DNA of 64,000 bases, taken from the NCBI GenBank assembly GCA_038087875.1, contig CM075988.1, forward strand, positions 17,362,001 to 17,426,000, in the 5' to 3' direction. The DNA comes from Malacoraja senta. Lineage: Eukaryota. The translations under genes were made by a program, and so were the position numbers. Each line of letters opens with the position of its first letter. Within the stretch, counting starts at the first letter, position 1. Below are positions 39,059-51,162 of this stretch, one piece after another. The notes beneath the pieces are model-generated. The model searched no databases and was not told the DNA's origin. It saw only the letters and a program-made list of their open reading frames with translations.

Positions 39059-39330
39059 TCCAATGTGACTTTAAACTTCATAATGTGTAAAGGACCCGCC
39101 CCCAACAATGGCTTCACCCAAAGGCTGAATGAATCAAAAGAAGGAAATCTAAACAAAGAATGTGGATGCAATTTTGTTTGGGATCAACTACTATGATCCT
39201 GATCTTGAACTCTCTCAAGTTGAAGACTGAATGGCCTTCCTCTATCCCCATGTTCGTCACCACTGCTCTACAGTTTTTACATAATATTTATTTAACGGCA
39301 GAGGCTGATAGATGTTGAAGCAGTACATAC

Positions 39331-39431
39331 TTGGAAAGGGACATCTGCCATGGTTTTTGCCAGGTAGTAGGCCTTGAGACTGTACCAGTAGTTGAGATGC
39401 TCCCTCAAGAAAACAGACATCTCAAGAGGAA
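39331..39431 (-). CDS. ABCG4: ABCG4 exon ([33 protein letters not shown])
   Basis: tttcag/gtatg boundaries, 101 nt phase 1-0; not in the ORF track, read by hand. Confidence 0.95.
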
Positions 39432-40525
39432 CTGAAATGAGGAGAAAATAAATAAAGATAAAGATTTACTTCTGCACAGATTTTAATTAATAGTTATTAT
39501 TATCTATTCATTCACAAGATGAGGGCTTTGCTGAGATTGATTACCCATCCCTAGTTTAGTACCTATCAGGATCTAAGTTGATGGTGAATAGTATATCTTG
39601 CTTTGTACGATAGAAAGTAGTTTGATACAACTGGTTTGTTTCAGAGGGCAACTAACAGCAGGTATGGTGTCACAAAAGGGCTAGACAGGCAAGTATAGCA
39701 AATTTATTTCCTGAAGAACATCAGTGAAGTGACCTTACAATAATCTGACAGGTTTATGGCCTTCATTTGTGATGGCTGCTGTTTTTCTCAATTTATGATT
39801 TATTTAATTGACCACATATTAATTCCATAGCTTTCTGGTGGGATTCAAGCTCATTCCCAAGACACAGGTCTAGGAACGTAGCCATTAGGCTATCATGCCC
39901 CATCTAACTAAAAAAAATGTTTGGCCTTGGTTTAATAATACATTGGAAAGACTCATGGAACTTGGTCTAAACAGACATGTTTTTTATCCTGTATTTGGAC
40001 TCTGGAGAATGGTCAACTTTGATCATCGATGAAAATAACCCAATGTACAAATTATTGACCTGCCGTTTAGTATTGGCCGTACAATGTTGTTGTAGCTGCA
40101 AATCTCTCTCCAGGGAATGGGGTACAAAATCGAGACTGCCAGGTGAGCTGAACTAGTACAGGTTCACTGTATCTACCTTCACACACATAGGAAAGTTTCT
40201 AAGAAATTATTTTGAAGAGGTCCAGTGCCCTGGCCAATATTTGTCCCTAACTCAGCATCACTAAGCAAAAACTTGAATAATCTGGATAGTAACGTACTCC
40301 AATTTGTAAAGTCTTGCATGAGTAAGAAATATGTCCAACATCATCTTTATCTATAAACTTTGGTATGTCCCAAGGTGGTGATAATCTCCTTAAAAATGTA
40401 TGAATTTCTTACCTTGTGTTTAATCAGTTAATATTTAATCTTAGCACCTCACCGCCCAGGAGAAACAAGCACAAATCCCAAAGTTATCCAACCAGTTATG
40501 ATCAGAGGACAGGATCTTTGCTTAC

Positions 40526-40694
40526 AGGTCAGTACAGTTGGCATCAGGGCCGCAAACATCAGGAAGAGCATGGAGAAGAAGAGGCATCCCGTATTGTTAA
40601 ACACTTTCTCTGCCTCATTGCCGATGTTGAGGTACAGCAGACCAATCAGGACTCCAATGCAGATGTGGGAGATGAACCGCAGATGGGTCAGAAC
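40526..40694 (-). CDS. ABCG4: ABCG4 exon ([56 protein letters not shown])
   Basis: ctgcag/gtaag boundaries, 169 nt. Confidence 0.95.
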
Positions 40695-40779
40695 CTGCAG
40701 TGGGCAAGACAAGGAGGACGCTGTCAGAATTCCAGCCAAGGTCTGAGATGCTTCAAATGTTCATGCGTATGATGCCACA

Positions 40780-40956
40780 CATTTGTACATGCAGCACCAA
40801 CACGTGCATGCGAGTGCATACACACACACACACGTGCATGCAACTGCATACATACATGCACATGCATGCATACGCATGTGCACATAAACACAAACGTGTA
40901 TGCTAGCGTATACACACAAGCAAGCACACACAAACACACGCATGTACACACACACA
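40780..40956. repeat. Degenerate alternating purine-pyrimidine (CA/TG/CG) microsatellite
   Basis: cacacacacgtgcatgc.. pattern. Confidence 0.85.
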
Positions 40957-41151
40957 GCGATTATGGCCAAACTCCCATAGTATGGAAGCCAGCATGTTGA
41001 CCAGCCCAGTTAAGCGTGAAGCATCTCATTCCTCTGCCTGCCAACTCAACAGGCCATTGAGTGGACGGACAGGCTGGAGGTCCAGCAGAAAGGCATTTTA
41101 TGTCACATGACTGAAGATCCTAAAACAGAGTGACAAACGCAGCGAACTTAC

Positions 41152-41250
41152 CGTGTCCCTACATATGGAAACAAAGGTTCTCCGGAAGAGGACACAAAAC
41201 TGAGCGAAGGAGCTGATGGCAAAAGTGCGGCTCTCGATTGGGCCGGAGTC
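41152..41250 (-). CDS. ABCG4: ABCG4 exon (DSGPIESRTFAISSFAQFCVLFRRTFVSICRDT)
   Basis: ttcag/gtaag boundaries, 99 nt. Confidence 0.93.
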
Positions 41251-41692
41251 CTGAATAGGGAGAGACAGAGAATCAGAGCGATGTGAAGAACCCGTTTCTG
41301 GTCATAGCCAAGCCACATTGTGCCATTGTAGTGAAATAGAACAGATTCTTTAGACTTTATAGATACAGCTTGGAAACAGGCCATCGGCCATCATGTTAAC
41401 CAGCGATCACCCATACACTAGCACTAGTTGTACAGCAGGGACAATTTACAATTTACATAAGCCAATTAACCTATAAACCTGTATGTCATGGGTGTGTGGG
41501 AGGAAACCAGAACACCCGGAGGAAACCCACACAGTCACAGGAAGAACGTATCTGTGGACAGACAGCACCGGTAGTCAGGATCGAACCCGGGTCTCTGGCG
41601 CGATAGGCAGCAACTCTTCCGCTGGACAGAGACCTACTGTGAATGATGTCGCTCCTTCCTTGAGGCACAATCAGATTCCAGCTGGTTCTTAC

Positions 41693-41835
41693 CGTGAGGC
41701 TATTGCTCTTCCAGCCCGTTGAATCACTGCCATTAGTTGAGTTCTTCTTTTCCGCCATGGTGCACATTCCATCCTGGACGGCTTTGAAGAGCAGAGGGTT
41801 CAAATCCCCATATTCACCTGAAGCCACCTCAATGA
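41693..41835 (-). CDS. ABCG4: ABCG4 exon (IEVASGEYGDLNPLLFKAVQDGMCTMAEKKNSTNGSDSTGWKSNSLT)
   Basis: cccag/gtaag boundaries, 143 nt phase 1-0. Confidence 0.93.
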
Positions 41836-43364
41836 CTGGGCAAAGAAACAAAGAGCAGTCGTCACAGTCAGAATGAAAAGCCTGGATATGAAACCCTAAC
41901 AACAGGAGGGGTTGGAGGGAGATTCCGGCAAATGTAACTGGAGTTGCTCCGCATCACAGAGTTTAGAAAGAAAACAAGCAGAGAGGTGAGATAAAACGTG
42001 TGGGAAAGGAACTGCAGATGCTGGTTTGCACCCTCGATACACGCAAAATGCTGGAGTGACTCAGCGGGTCAGGCAGCATCTCTGGAGCAAAGGAATAGGT
42101 GACTTTTGGGTTGAGACCCACCTTCAGATAGTTTGAAGAAGGGACTCAACCCAAAACGTCACCTGTTCCTTTTCTCCAGAGATGCTGCCTGACCCGCTGA
42201 GTTACTCCAGCACTTTGTGTCCATCTACGGAGAGGTGCGATCCTAGATGCTAAAGGTTGTAACTCATCACCTTCAGGAAACAGCCTCTGGCTCAGTAAGT
42301 CCCTCCTCCGTGGACTAGACAGTAGTCTCGGTGAAGCAAGACAAGAACCTGGTGGGATCTACTCACTCATCCCAGGTCCAGCAGTGATCCACACACATGT
42401 CCTACAACCTAGTGTACTGCTTTCCAGGCTGGCAATGTGGCCTCTTCTACATCAGTTCCAACGGGTCCCGCCCTGAATCTCTAGTTCCCGACAAGACACC
42501 GCCCACCTACGACCTCTGGTGATAAAGTGATGTAATGTGGGAACAGGCACTACGACCCCAACGAGTCCACACTGACCATTGTTCACCCATTTACACTCAT
42601 CTCACTTTATCCTCCCCATATTCCCATCATCAACTATCCCAAGATTTTACCACTCACCTGCACATTTGAGGCAATACACAGCATCCAATTATACTACCAA
42701 TCTGCTTGCCCTTGGGATTCTGGAGGAAAATGGAATACATGGGGGAGAACCATGCAGTCTTGGGGATAAAGTGCAATCTCCACATGATTGCAGAGGTCAA
42801 GACTGAAGCCAGACGACTGCACTATCAGCTATGCCGCCGTGATGCCAGTGACACCTGATGTTCACATAGAGGGAGGTGTACCTGGGGCAGACCTGGGGTG
42901 GGCTGGCCCTAGCCCTAGCTATTTCCGCACAGGACGATTTCGTTTTTAGTTTTAGAGATACAGTGCGGAAACAGGCCCTTCGGCCCACTGAGTCCGTGCG
43001 GACCAGCGGGCCCCGCACACAAACGCTATCCTACACAACTTACAATCTACCAACCTGTATGTCTTCAAAGTGCGGGAGGAACCCGAAGATACTGGAGAAA
43101 ACCCACGCAGGGCAAGGGGAGAAAGTACAAACTCCGTACAGACAAGCACCCGTATTGAGGATGGAGCCCGGGTCTCTGGTGCTGTGAGGCAAAAGCTCTA
43201 CCGCTGCGCCACCGTGCTGCCCTGTACTGAAGGCCACATCCCAGCTAGCACTGTCAATATCAGACAACTCAACATAGACCGGATGTACATGTAGAGGCCC
43301 TGTGATCAGAACCACCAATGTTTTTGTTGAAACTTGTCAATAAGAGAGTGCTTTTCTTACTTAC

Positions 43365-43479
43365 TGAAGTCTGCAGGGTTGTGATAAGTCGGACAATGCA
43401 GGCCCAGTCCTTTAAGGAAGGGGATGAGGTTGGGAACAATCCCTTTGTAGATGCACTGCCCTTGGCTCACGATGAAGAG
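43365..43479 (-). CDS. ABCG4: ABCG4 exon ([38 protein letters not shown])
   Basis: ctcacag/gtaag boundaries, 115 nt; ABCG-specific NPADF motif. Confidence 0.95.
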
Positions 43480-46400
43480 CTGTGAGGAGAGCAAGGAGAC
43501 TCCGATTAAACCCCACACGGGTAAATGCTACTCAAATTCAAACACAGCTGCTTTGTAAAAAGAAACAGAATAATATTACTTATATTTTGTGCTGTTACGT
43601 CATTCCCCCAAATCACTGAATGTTTCAATAGATAACATAACAACATGTTTGGGAGAAGGCTACGTCGATGGAGTTGCAGTTGCTGATGGTGTAACAAGGG
43701 TAGAGTAATGAAACGGTACGGTGATTAAATCACTAAACTAACAGCCAGGGGTCTAGACCATGATGGAAGCTGATGGAATTAAATTCAATCAATCAAGTCA
43801 AACTGGAGTAAAACACCAGTGAAAATCATAGTGAGCATGAAACTATGTGAATGGAGTTTACCAACACCCTTCAAGGTAATTAATCATAATCATCATAATC
43901 ATACTTTATTAGCCAAGTATGTTTTGCAACATACGAGGAATTTCATAGCACATACTCAGGCCTAAACATGACTCTAGACCCACCAGCAATGTTGACTTTA
44001 AATCCTCCTTACATTGATACATTTTCCAATTTTCTTTCTCACACGCCTGCTCAGTTGGGTTTATTCCGTCCTCTGTCTAACGAGGGGCATGGGTTCAAAT
44101 CCCAGTACAGCATAGTTCTCAAAGCTGTGAGGACAGCCCACTGCAGTGCTGATGGTGGACTGGAATATCGACCGACCCATCCTTCATGCAAGCTTGTAAT
44201 CTCTTCTCGATTTTCTGTTCTGTTGGATCCTCAGTCTTCGCAGTTGAAGACCGGGGAATCTTATTGATGATTCGGCCAGCTGTTCTCCCTGAGCAGTTAT
44301 TCAATGCTGATATTTTGGTCAAATGCTGACATGTTTCCCTCCATTTTCAAGTAACCCTCCACTGCTGGCAGTATCCTGCCTTGTCTCCAAAATCGTGCAG
44401 TTCAATGTTCTTTCCTCATAGTCCCGGCCGATGACTAACACTGGCTAACACGCTACAAAGAGAAGGAGCAAAGTCAACTCAACATTGTCAATGCGTCCCT
44501 CAATCATGCGGCCTGCATTGAAACACCCAGGGTGACTTGAGGCGAGAGTTGCGATCAATATTCTAATTGCTCAAGTGCCGACCAACGACCACCCTTACAT
44601 TCGTTCTACGTTTTCCCACTTTCGCATCCTACACACTAGGGACAATTTACAGAGGCCCAATTAACCTACAAACCCGCACATCTTTGGAATGTGGGAGGAA
44701 ACCGGATCACCTGGAGAAAACCCACGCGGTCTCAGGGAAAACGTATAAACTCCACACAGACAACACCCACAGTCAGGATTGAACCCGGGTCTTTGGCGCT
44801 GTGAGGCAGCAGCTCTAAAGGAGGTTTGCTTTAAACATTCTTTGGTTTCCAAGTGACTGTAATTTTGAAAGCAAGGAGAAGACCTGCAATGTCAACATGC
44901 AACAGAAGGTGGCAGTCAACGCCAGAGATCTGCACCCTCGTTGATGCTTGAAGTGAGAGAGAAAAGCTTACATGGAAATAAGTGGGGGAATAGGATGCGA
45001 TTGCTCTAGGAGCCAGTATAGACTTGATTGGCCAAATGGCCTCCATCCACATCTTCAGGAAAACATAGGAAATACAAAACCACCTTCTATACCCTCACGG
45101 GTGCTCTGTGATAATACAACGACCAGTCCTGTCTGGCCTTCCTACGAGTCACAAATAAAAGCAGCAGGGGAGGAACGATAATAGCTGTGTAAAGCCCAAA
45201 GTACATCGACTTCACCACCGGATATCAGCTAAGGGATGAGTTTAAAAGAGTGAAACTACAGCAGTTGCTGTGCGGAGGTGACCACAGGTCCTATGCTGGC
45301 ACCCTGCACCCATCTCTCCCAGAATCGATTCTCTGAACCAAACTTCGAGTGGTTTGCCACCAACTTCAGGCCCTGCGAGCTGGAAACTTATGTGGGTAGG
45401 AAACTGTGGTCACATTGAAGCTGATCAACGTCAAATTAAATACTTTCTCCTTGAACATTTTCTGTTCTTGCCTAAATGGTGAATATAGGATGGATTTGGA
45501 TCTGTGTTGAACATTTATCAGGCTACATATTCAGGGAAACGAGAGGGAACGTAAGTCTGATGGGACTGCTCCAAGAACTGGCACCTATCCATGTGCTCCA
45601 GAGATGCTGCCTGACTCGCTGAGTTGCTCCAACGTTTTGCGTCAATGTTAATCTCTGGCTTCACGGCAGCGAGCTCAATATTCTGTTGCTTGTTTGTTTG
45701 TTTAACTCATTTTTGCTCAAGTGTTTTAATTCAGGTAATCACCTCAGCTGGACTCCCTCCCGTACCTGATTCATGAGTGAGTTATGAGGATTGATGTCGA
45801 GGAGGGTCTTCATTGCCCCTGAATCCTAGCAGTTGTTGAAGGTCATGTCAGAGCAGAGGGCGTCACATACATGACAGACTGGGTGGGATTTCCTTTCCTA
45901 ATAGAAGCCAGTGTACCCGTTGTGTTTCATGACATCTTAAAAGCTGCACAGTCACTGAAACGATTCCAGCTTATCTACTTCCAGATTGTTAAAACTGATT
46001 TCAAAATCTCACAATACCGCAGTGGAATTGTGACTGATAATCTGGCAACATGAACATTCTGGTACCTTACAGCATAGGACAGTACAGCACAGGAATTGGC
46101 CCTTCGGCCCACAATGTCTGTGCTGAACATGATGCCAAGTTAAACTGGTCACATCTGCCTGTACATGATCCAAAGCCCTCTATTCCTTGCACCTCTATAT
46201 GCCTATCTAAAAACCTCTTAAATGGATGGAATGTACCCTTCATTATATAAATGATAGAATTATGTTTGTATTTAATATGCTCCCTCAATAGCTCACCGGA
46301 CCAATACAATGCTTTGTATAATGGATGATGCCAGGTTCGAATGTTGGTTTGTAATGGACCAGCTGAACTCAGCCAAGTCTACAGTGAGTGGGCAGTGCAT

Positions 46401-47472
46401 CTGCCTTATGTTGGAGTGGCTGTGAACCATCTGCTGGTTAGGAAAACCTATTGGAAAACACCTATAGACAGGTAACAAACAAGAACAGGCCGGAAGGCAA
46501 CCTGCATGTAGGATGGCAGAGGACGATTATCATCTGCATTTGCACGCAGAACACACCTAGTGCAATTCCAGGAATTGTGGCCAAGGGAACTGAGAAAATA
46601 CATTTTGAAACTATCATCTTAAGATGAAAGCAGCAAATGATATTTACTGAACCCCACCTCAATGCCGATTTACAAATGTAGGCCTACAATACATGGAGAT
46701 TTGAAGAATTACAAGCCTCACCGCTAAATTATCAATCTCCGAGTGTGCTCAGTCCCAGAGATAGGCAAGTCAGTTTGCCTAGGATGTGGAGGAAGGAACT
46801 GCAGATGTTACTTTATTCCGATGATAGACACAAAATGCTGGAGTAACTCAGCGGGTCAGGCAGCATCTCTGGAGAGAAGGAATGGGTGACGTTTCAGATC
46901 AGAACCCTTCTACAGACATCACATTCATTTTCTTCATAGATGCTGTCTGAACGGATGAGTTAATACAGCATTTTGTGTCGACTATGTCAGTTTGCCTTTG
47001 GCCCAGACAGATTTGCTGTTTATGTACAGATTCCTCCTCTTTAGAGAAGAGGAAAACGATGACATGTTGGAGGTCTAAAATTATCCAGAACTACCCAGGC
47101 CTTCCACTATTCGGAAAGTTTCAATGAGGTCCCCCCTCAACCTTCTAACCTCCAGCGAGTGCAGGCCCAATGCCTTCTGTGTCATGACGTTGATATGATT
47201 CTATGGAGGCAGAGAAACCTCTTTGGTGGAAGTGTGGGAACGTGGAAGTCAACCACTTGGATTGGTGGAAGAGAAGTGATGCATTTTAGTAGATGCTGGA
47301 TAAGTACATGAGCGAGAAAGGGCACAAAGAGGAACTGACAGCATTAGATGAAGAAAGAAAGCCGTGTAATATCACTTGACATAAAATCAGATATCAAAAA
47401 TAACACAAAGTATTTCACAGATAAGAGCCGTGTTTCCACATCAGCGCCAAAGGAGTTGATAATAAATCGTAC

Positions 47473-47596
47473 CTTGTCAAACATTTCAAAGAGCTTGGCA
47501 CTGGGCTGATGGATGGTGCAGATGATGGTCCTCCCGCCCTGTGCTAGTGACCGCATCAGTGACACCACTTGGAAACACGAGGCACTGTCCAGACCA
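47473..47596 (-). CDS. ABCG4: ABCG4 exon ([42 protein letters not shown]-loop and H-switch)
   Basis: ctctcag/gtacg boundaries, 124 nt phase 2-0. Confidence 0.96.
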
Positions 47597-47598
47597 CT

Positions 47599-48310
47599 GA
47601 GAGGGAGAGGGAGAGACAGAGAGGAAGAGACAGAGAGGAAGAGACAGAGAGGAAAGAGACAGAGACACAGACAGAGAGAGTCAGAGAGAGACAGAGAGTC
47701 AGAGAGAGTCAGAGAGAGTCAGAGAGAGGCAGAGAGAGGCAGAGAGAGGCAGAGAGAGGCAGAGAGAGGCAGAGAGAGGCAGAGAGAGAGGCAGAGAGAG
47801 AGGGGCAGAGAGAGAGAGGCAGAGAGAGAGAGGCAGAGAGAGAGAGGCAGAGAGAGAGAGGCAGAGAGAGAGAGGCAGAGAGAGAGAGGCAGAGAGAGAG
47901 AGGCAGAGAGAGAGAGGCAGAGAGAGAGAGGCAGAGAGAGAGAGGCAGAGAGAGGCAGAGAGAGAGGCAGAGAGAGAGGCAGAGAGAGAGGGAGAGGCAG
48001 AGAAAGAGGCAGAAAGAGAGAAAGGGGAGAAAGAGAGACAGAGAAAGGGAGGGTTAGATAGTGTGTGTGAGAGTGAGAGAGAGGAGGTAGTAGGGGGCAG
48101 AGGCAGAGAGAAAGAGCAAGAGAGAGGGTTGGATGCAGAGAAAGAGAGATGAACAGAGAGAGAGAGATAGGTAGGAAGGGCAAAGGCAGAGAGAGAACGA
48201 GAGAGAGGGCAGAGAGAGGAGAGTCAGAGGCAGAGATAGAGAGAAAGAGTGGGTGCAGCAGCAGTAGAGAGAGAAGGAAAGACAGATGGAGTGACATGGG
48301 TAGAGAAGGA
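47599..48310. repeat. Purine-rich (GAGAGGCAGA)n / GA low-complexity tract abutting an ABCG4 splice acceptor
   Basis: near-pure A/G on plus strand with sparse C; 10-14-bp GA-GGCA units. Confidence 0.95.
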
Positions 48311-49358
48311 GAGAAATTGTTAATATGGTGATACGTCCAGTGCTCATAATACGTCAGTGGCCATTAGTTGTCCAGTTTCTCTCCTTCCACACCTCTTGAT
48401 GAGGTCGATACATCTGTGTTGCATCCATTCACTGCCCATTCAACAAAGCTCCATTAAGATAATTATTTTTGTTTGGTTAGTTGTTTGGTGTTTTCCAACT
48501 CAAGGAGAAGGAAGCAAATGAAGAATCTCTCGGTCGATGGACTGAGCAATCCTACAGACATATCAAGGAATGGTACCTTTTCATGGCTCTTCCATTCCAG
48601 CAGATGTTCATTAGTCGTGCCAAGAAGGGAAAGGAAAGATGATGTGGCTGGGCTGGGCTGGGATGTCCACTGTCATTGTCCTAATCTCTAAACTGAATGG
48701 CCAACCTGTTATTTTCAGACTGTGTTATCTACCCTGGACACAGGGGTAACATTCTGCTTGCAGTAATTCTGTCGAGCCCTGTGTGAATGATACACGTTTC
48801 AATGTGTTTACTGCTGATATTCCCCTGCACCTCTGTTTTAGTCCTTACTGTGCTGCAGCTGAGATCACACCTGGAGTGTCACACCTTGCTGTTGGATCCA
48901 TAGACCTCACCTCTTTAGACTTCAGAAGCACAGAGCGGAAACAGGCCCTTCGGCCCACCAAGTCTGCGGCGACCAGGGATCACCCCCGTACACCAGCACT
49001 ATCCTACACCCTTGGGACAACTTACAATTTTACCGAAGCCAATTAACCTACAAAGCTGTACCTCTTTGGAGTGTGGGAGAAAACTGGAGCACCTGGAGCA
49101 AACCCACTCGGCCACAGGGAGAATGTACAAACTCCGCACAGACAGCGCCAGTAATCGGGATCAAACCTGGTATGCTGGCGCTGTTAGGCAGCAACTCCAC
49201 CGCTGCGCCGCCCCGCTCGACATTACACACACTGGCACGAATGCAACATGAGGGACAGAGTAAACCAAGAGATTGTTTAGGCGACAACACACACACACAC
49301 ACAATTATTCCAATTCCTGATAAGTGACCCAATTCATTGGGGCACACCACTCCACTTA

Positions 49359-49523
<165 letters not shown>

Positions 49524-51111
49524 TCAGATGCCGCAAACCAGGCAAACAACTACCGATTACTCCATTACACAATTGGATTCCATTCAACCCATCTTATCCG
49601 TCCCAGCACTTTGAAAGAGCTGTTATTAGTTGCATTTATTCTTCTCAGTTATCTTGGGATTTGGGTTTTGATATTTGTCTGAAATGTATCCAATTGCTAT
49701 AGAAAATGATACACTGCAGTGGGCAGGAGAAAATTCGTAGGTCCTTTGTCTTTATTTACAATCAGAGTAATACAGCGCGGAAACAGGCACTTTGGCCCAA
49801 CTTGCCCACACCAAACAACATGTTGCATCTACATTAGTCCCACCCGCCTGCGTTTGGCCCATATCCCTCTAAACATAAGATAGACACATTGTGCCTCGAA
49901 CGCGCTGCCAGGGATGAGTGTGGAGGCGGATACTATAGTGGTATTTAAGAGGCATTTGAATCGGCACATGGATATGCAGGGGATGGAAGGATCACATGCA
50001 AGCTGAGGAGATTAGTTTAAATTGGCAGCATCTTTGGCATGGACACTGTGGCTTGAAAGCCAGTGCTGTATCATTCTATTTCTATGTTCTGTGAGGTCAC
50101 CTCCAGAAATTGTGAATCTGAATTACCAGATGACTAACTTCCTGCACAGTCGACATGTTTACATATTCTGTTGCACTGCAGCAAGTAAGAATTTCATTGT
50201 TCGATCTGGGACATATGGCCATAAGACACTCTTGACTCTTGGCATTGCCAAAACAGACAGTAAAAGAGTTGGTAAATCTTGTCTGCTTCCTCCTCGAGCC
50301 AAAAATATCATTCTGAAGGTTTATTCCCCAGAACTGTCAGTTGAGGAACTGCAGATGTTGATTTACAAAAAGGAGACCCAAAGTACTGGAGTAACTCAGC
50401 CAGTCAGGCAGCATCTCTGGAGAACATGAATAGGTGACATTAGGGTCAGGACCCTGTTTCAGACTGATTGGAGGGGGCGGAGGGGAAGCAGAAAGAGGGG
50501 AGGGGGCAGGATAAAGCCTGGCTAGTAATAGGTGGAAACAGGTGGGAGGGGGGTGGTTGATTGTTGGACAAACGCCAGTGATGAAAAGGCAGAAGGTGCG
50601 AGATAAAAGGATTAAAGAGTTGTAGGTACTATTGTAACATTTTTGTAATATTTAGACAGGTACATGGATAGGGTATTAGGTTTAGAGGAATATGACCCAA
50701 AAGCAGGTAGCTGGGACTAGTGTAGATGAGGCATGTTGGAAGATGTGGGCAAGTTGGGCTGAGGAGTCTGTTTCCACACTGTATGACTCTATGAGTTGCA
50801 AATTGTGAAGCTGGAGGAAGGAATTTGGGTGGAAGGTGAGGGGCAGCGACATGATATCCCAACATATTCTCCTGTCACGAAAAGCTTTCTCACAGGGGCA
50901 CCAATCCACAAATCGTATTTTTATTTACCCGACCAGGTCTGGAAAATTGTTGCACAACTTGAGGCAAGCGCGGTTGGCATTCTCTGCGCCGATATATTTG
51001 TGCTTTCAATTTGAAAGGCCTTGATTCATAATTGTTCGTCAATAGCTCCAATTAATAGCACAAAAACTAAAGTTCACTTCAAGCCATTATCAAAAGAAGC
51101 ATATGACTCAC

Positions 51112-51162
51112 CAGTTCCTTCTTAACTTCCAATTTCTCCTTCAGCTTGAGGTGAGCTGAGAC
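51112..51162 (-). CDS. ABCG4: ABCG4 short exon (VSAHLKLKEKLEVKKEL)
   Basis: tttaaag/gtgagt boundaries, 51 nt; resembles human VSANLKLSEKQEVKKEL. Confidence 0.92.

Noticed and set aside
47513..48347. Long ER/SL-rich ORFs
   Set aside because: Translations of the GA-rich intronic tract
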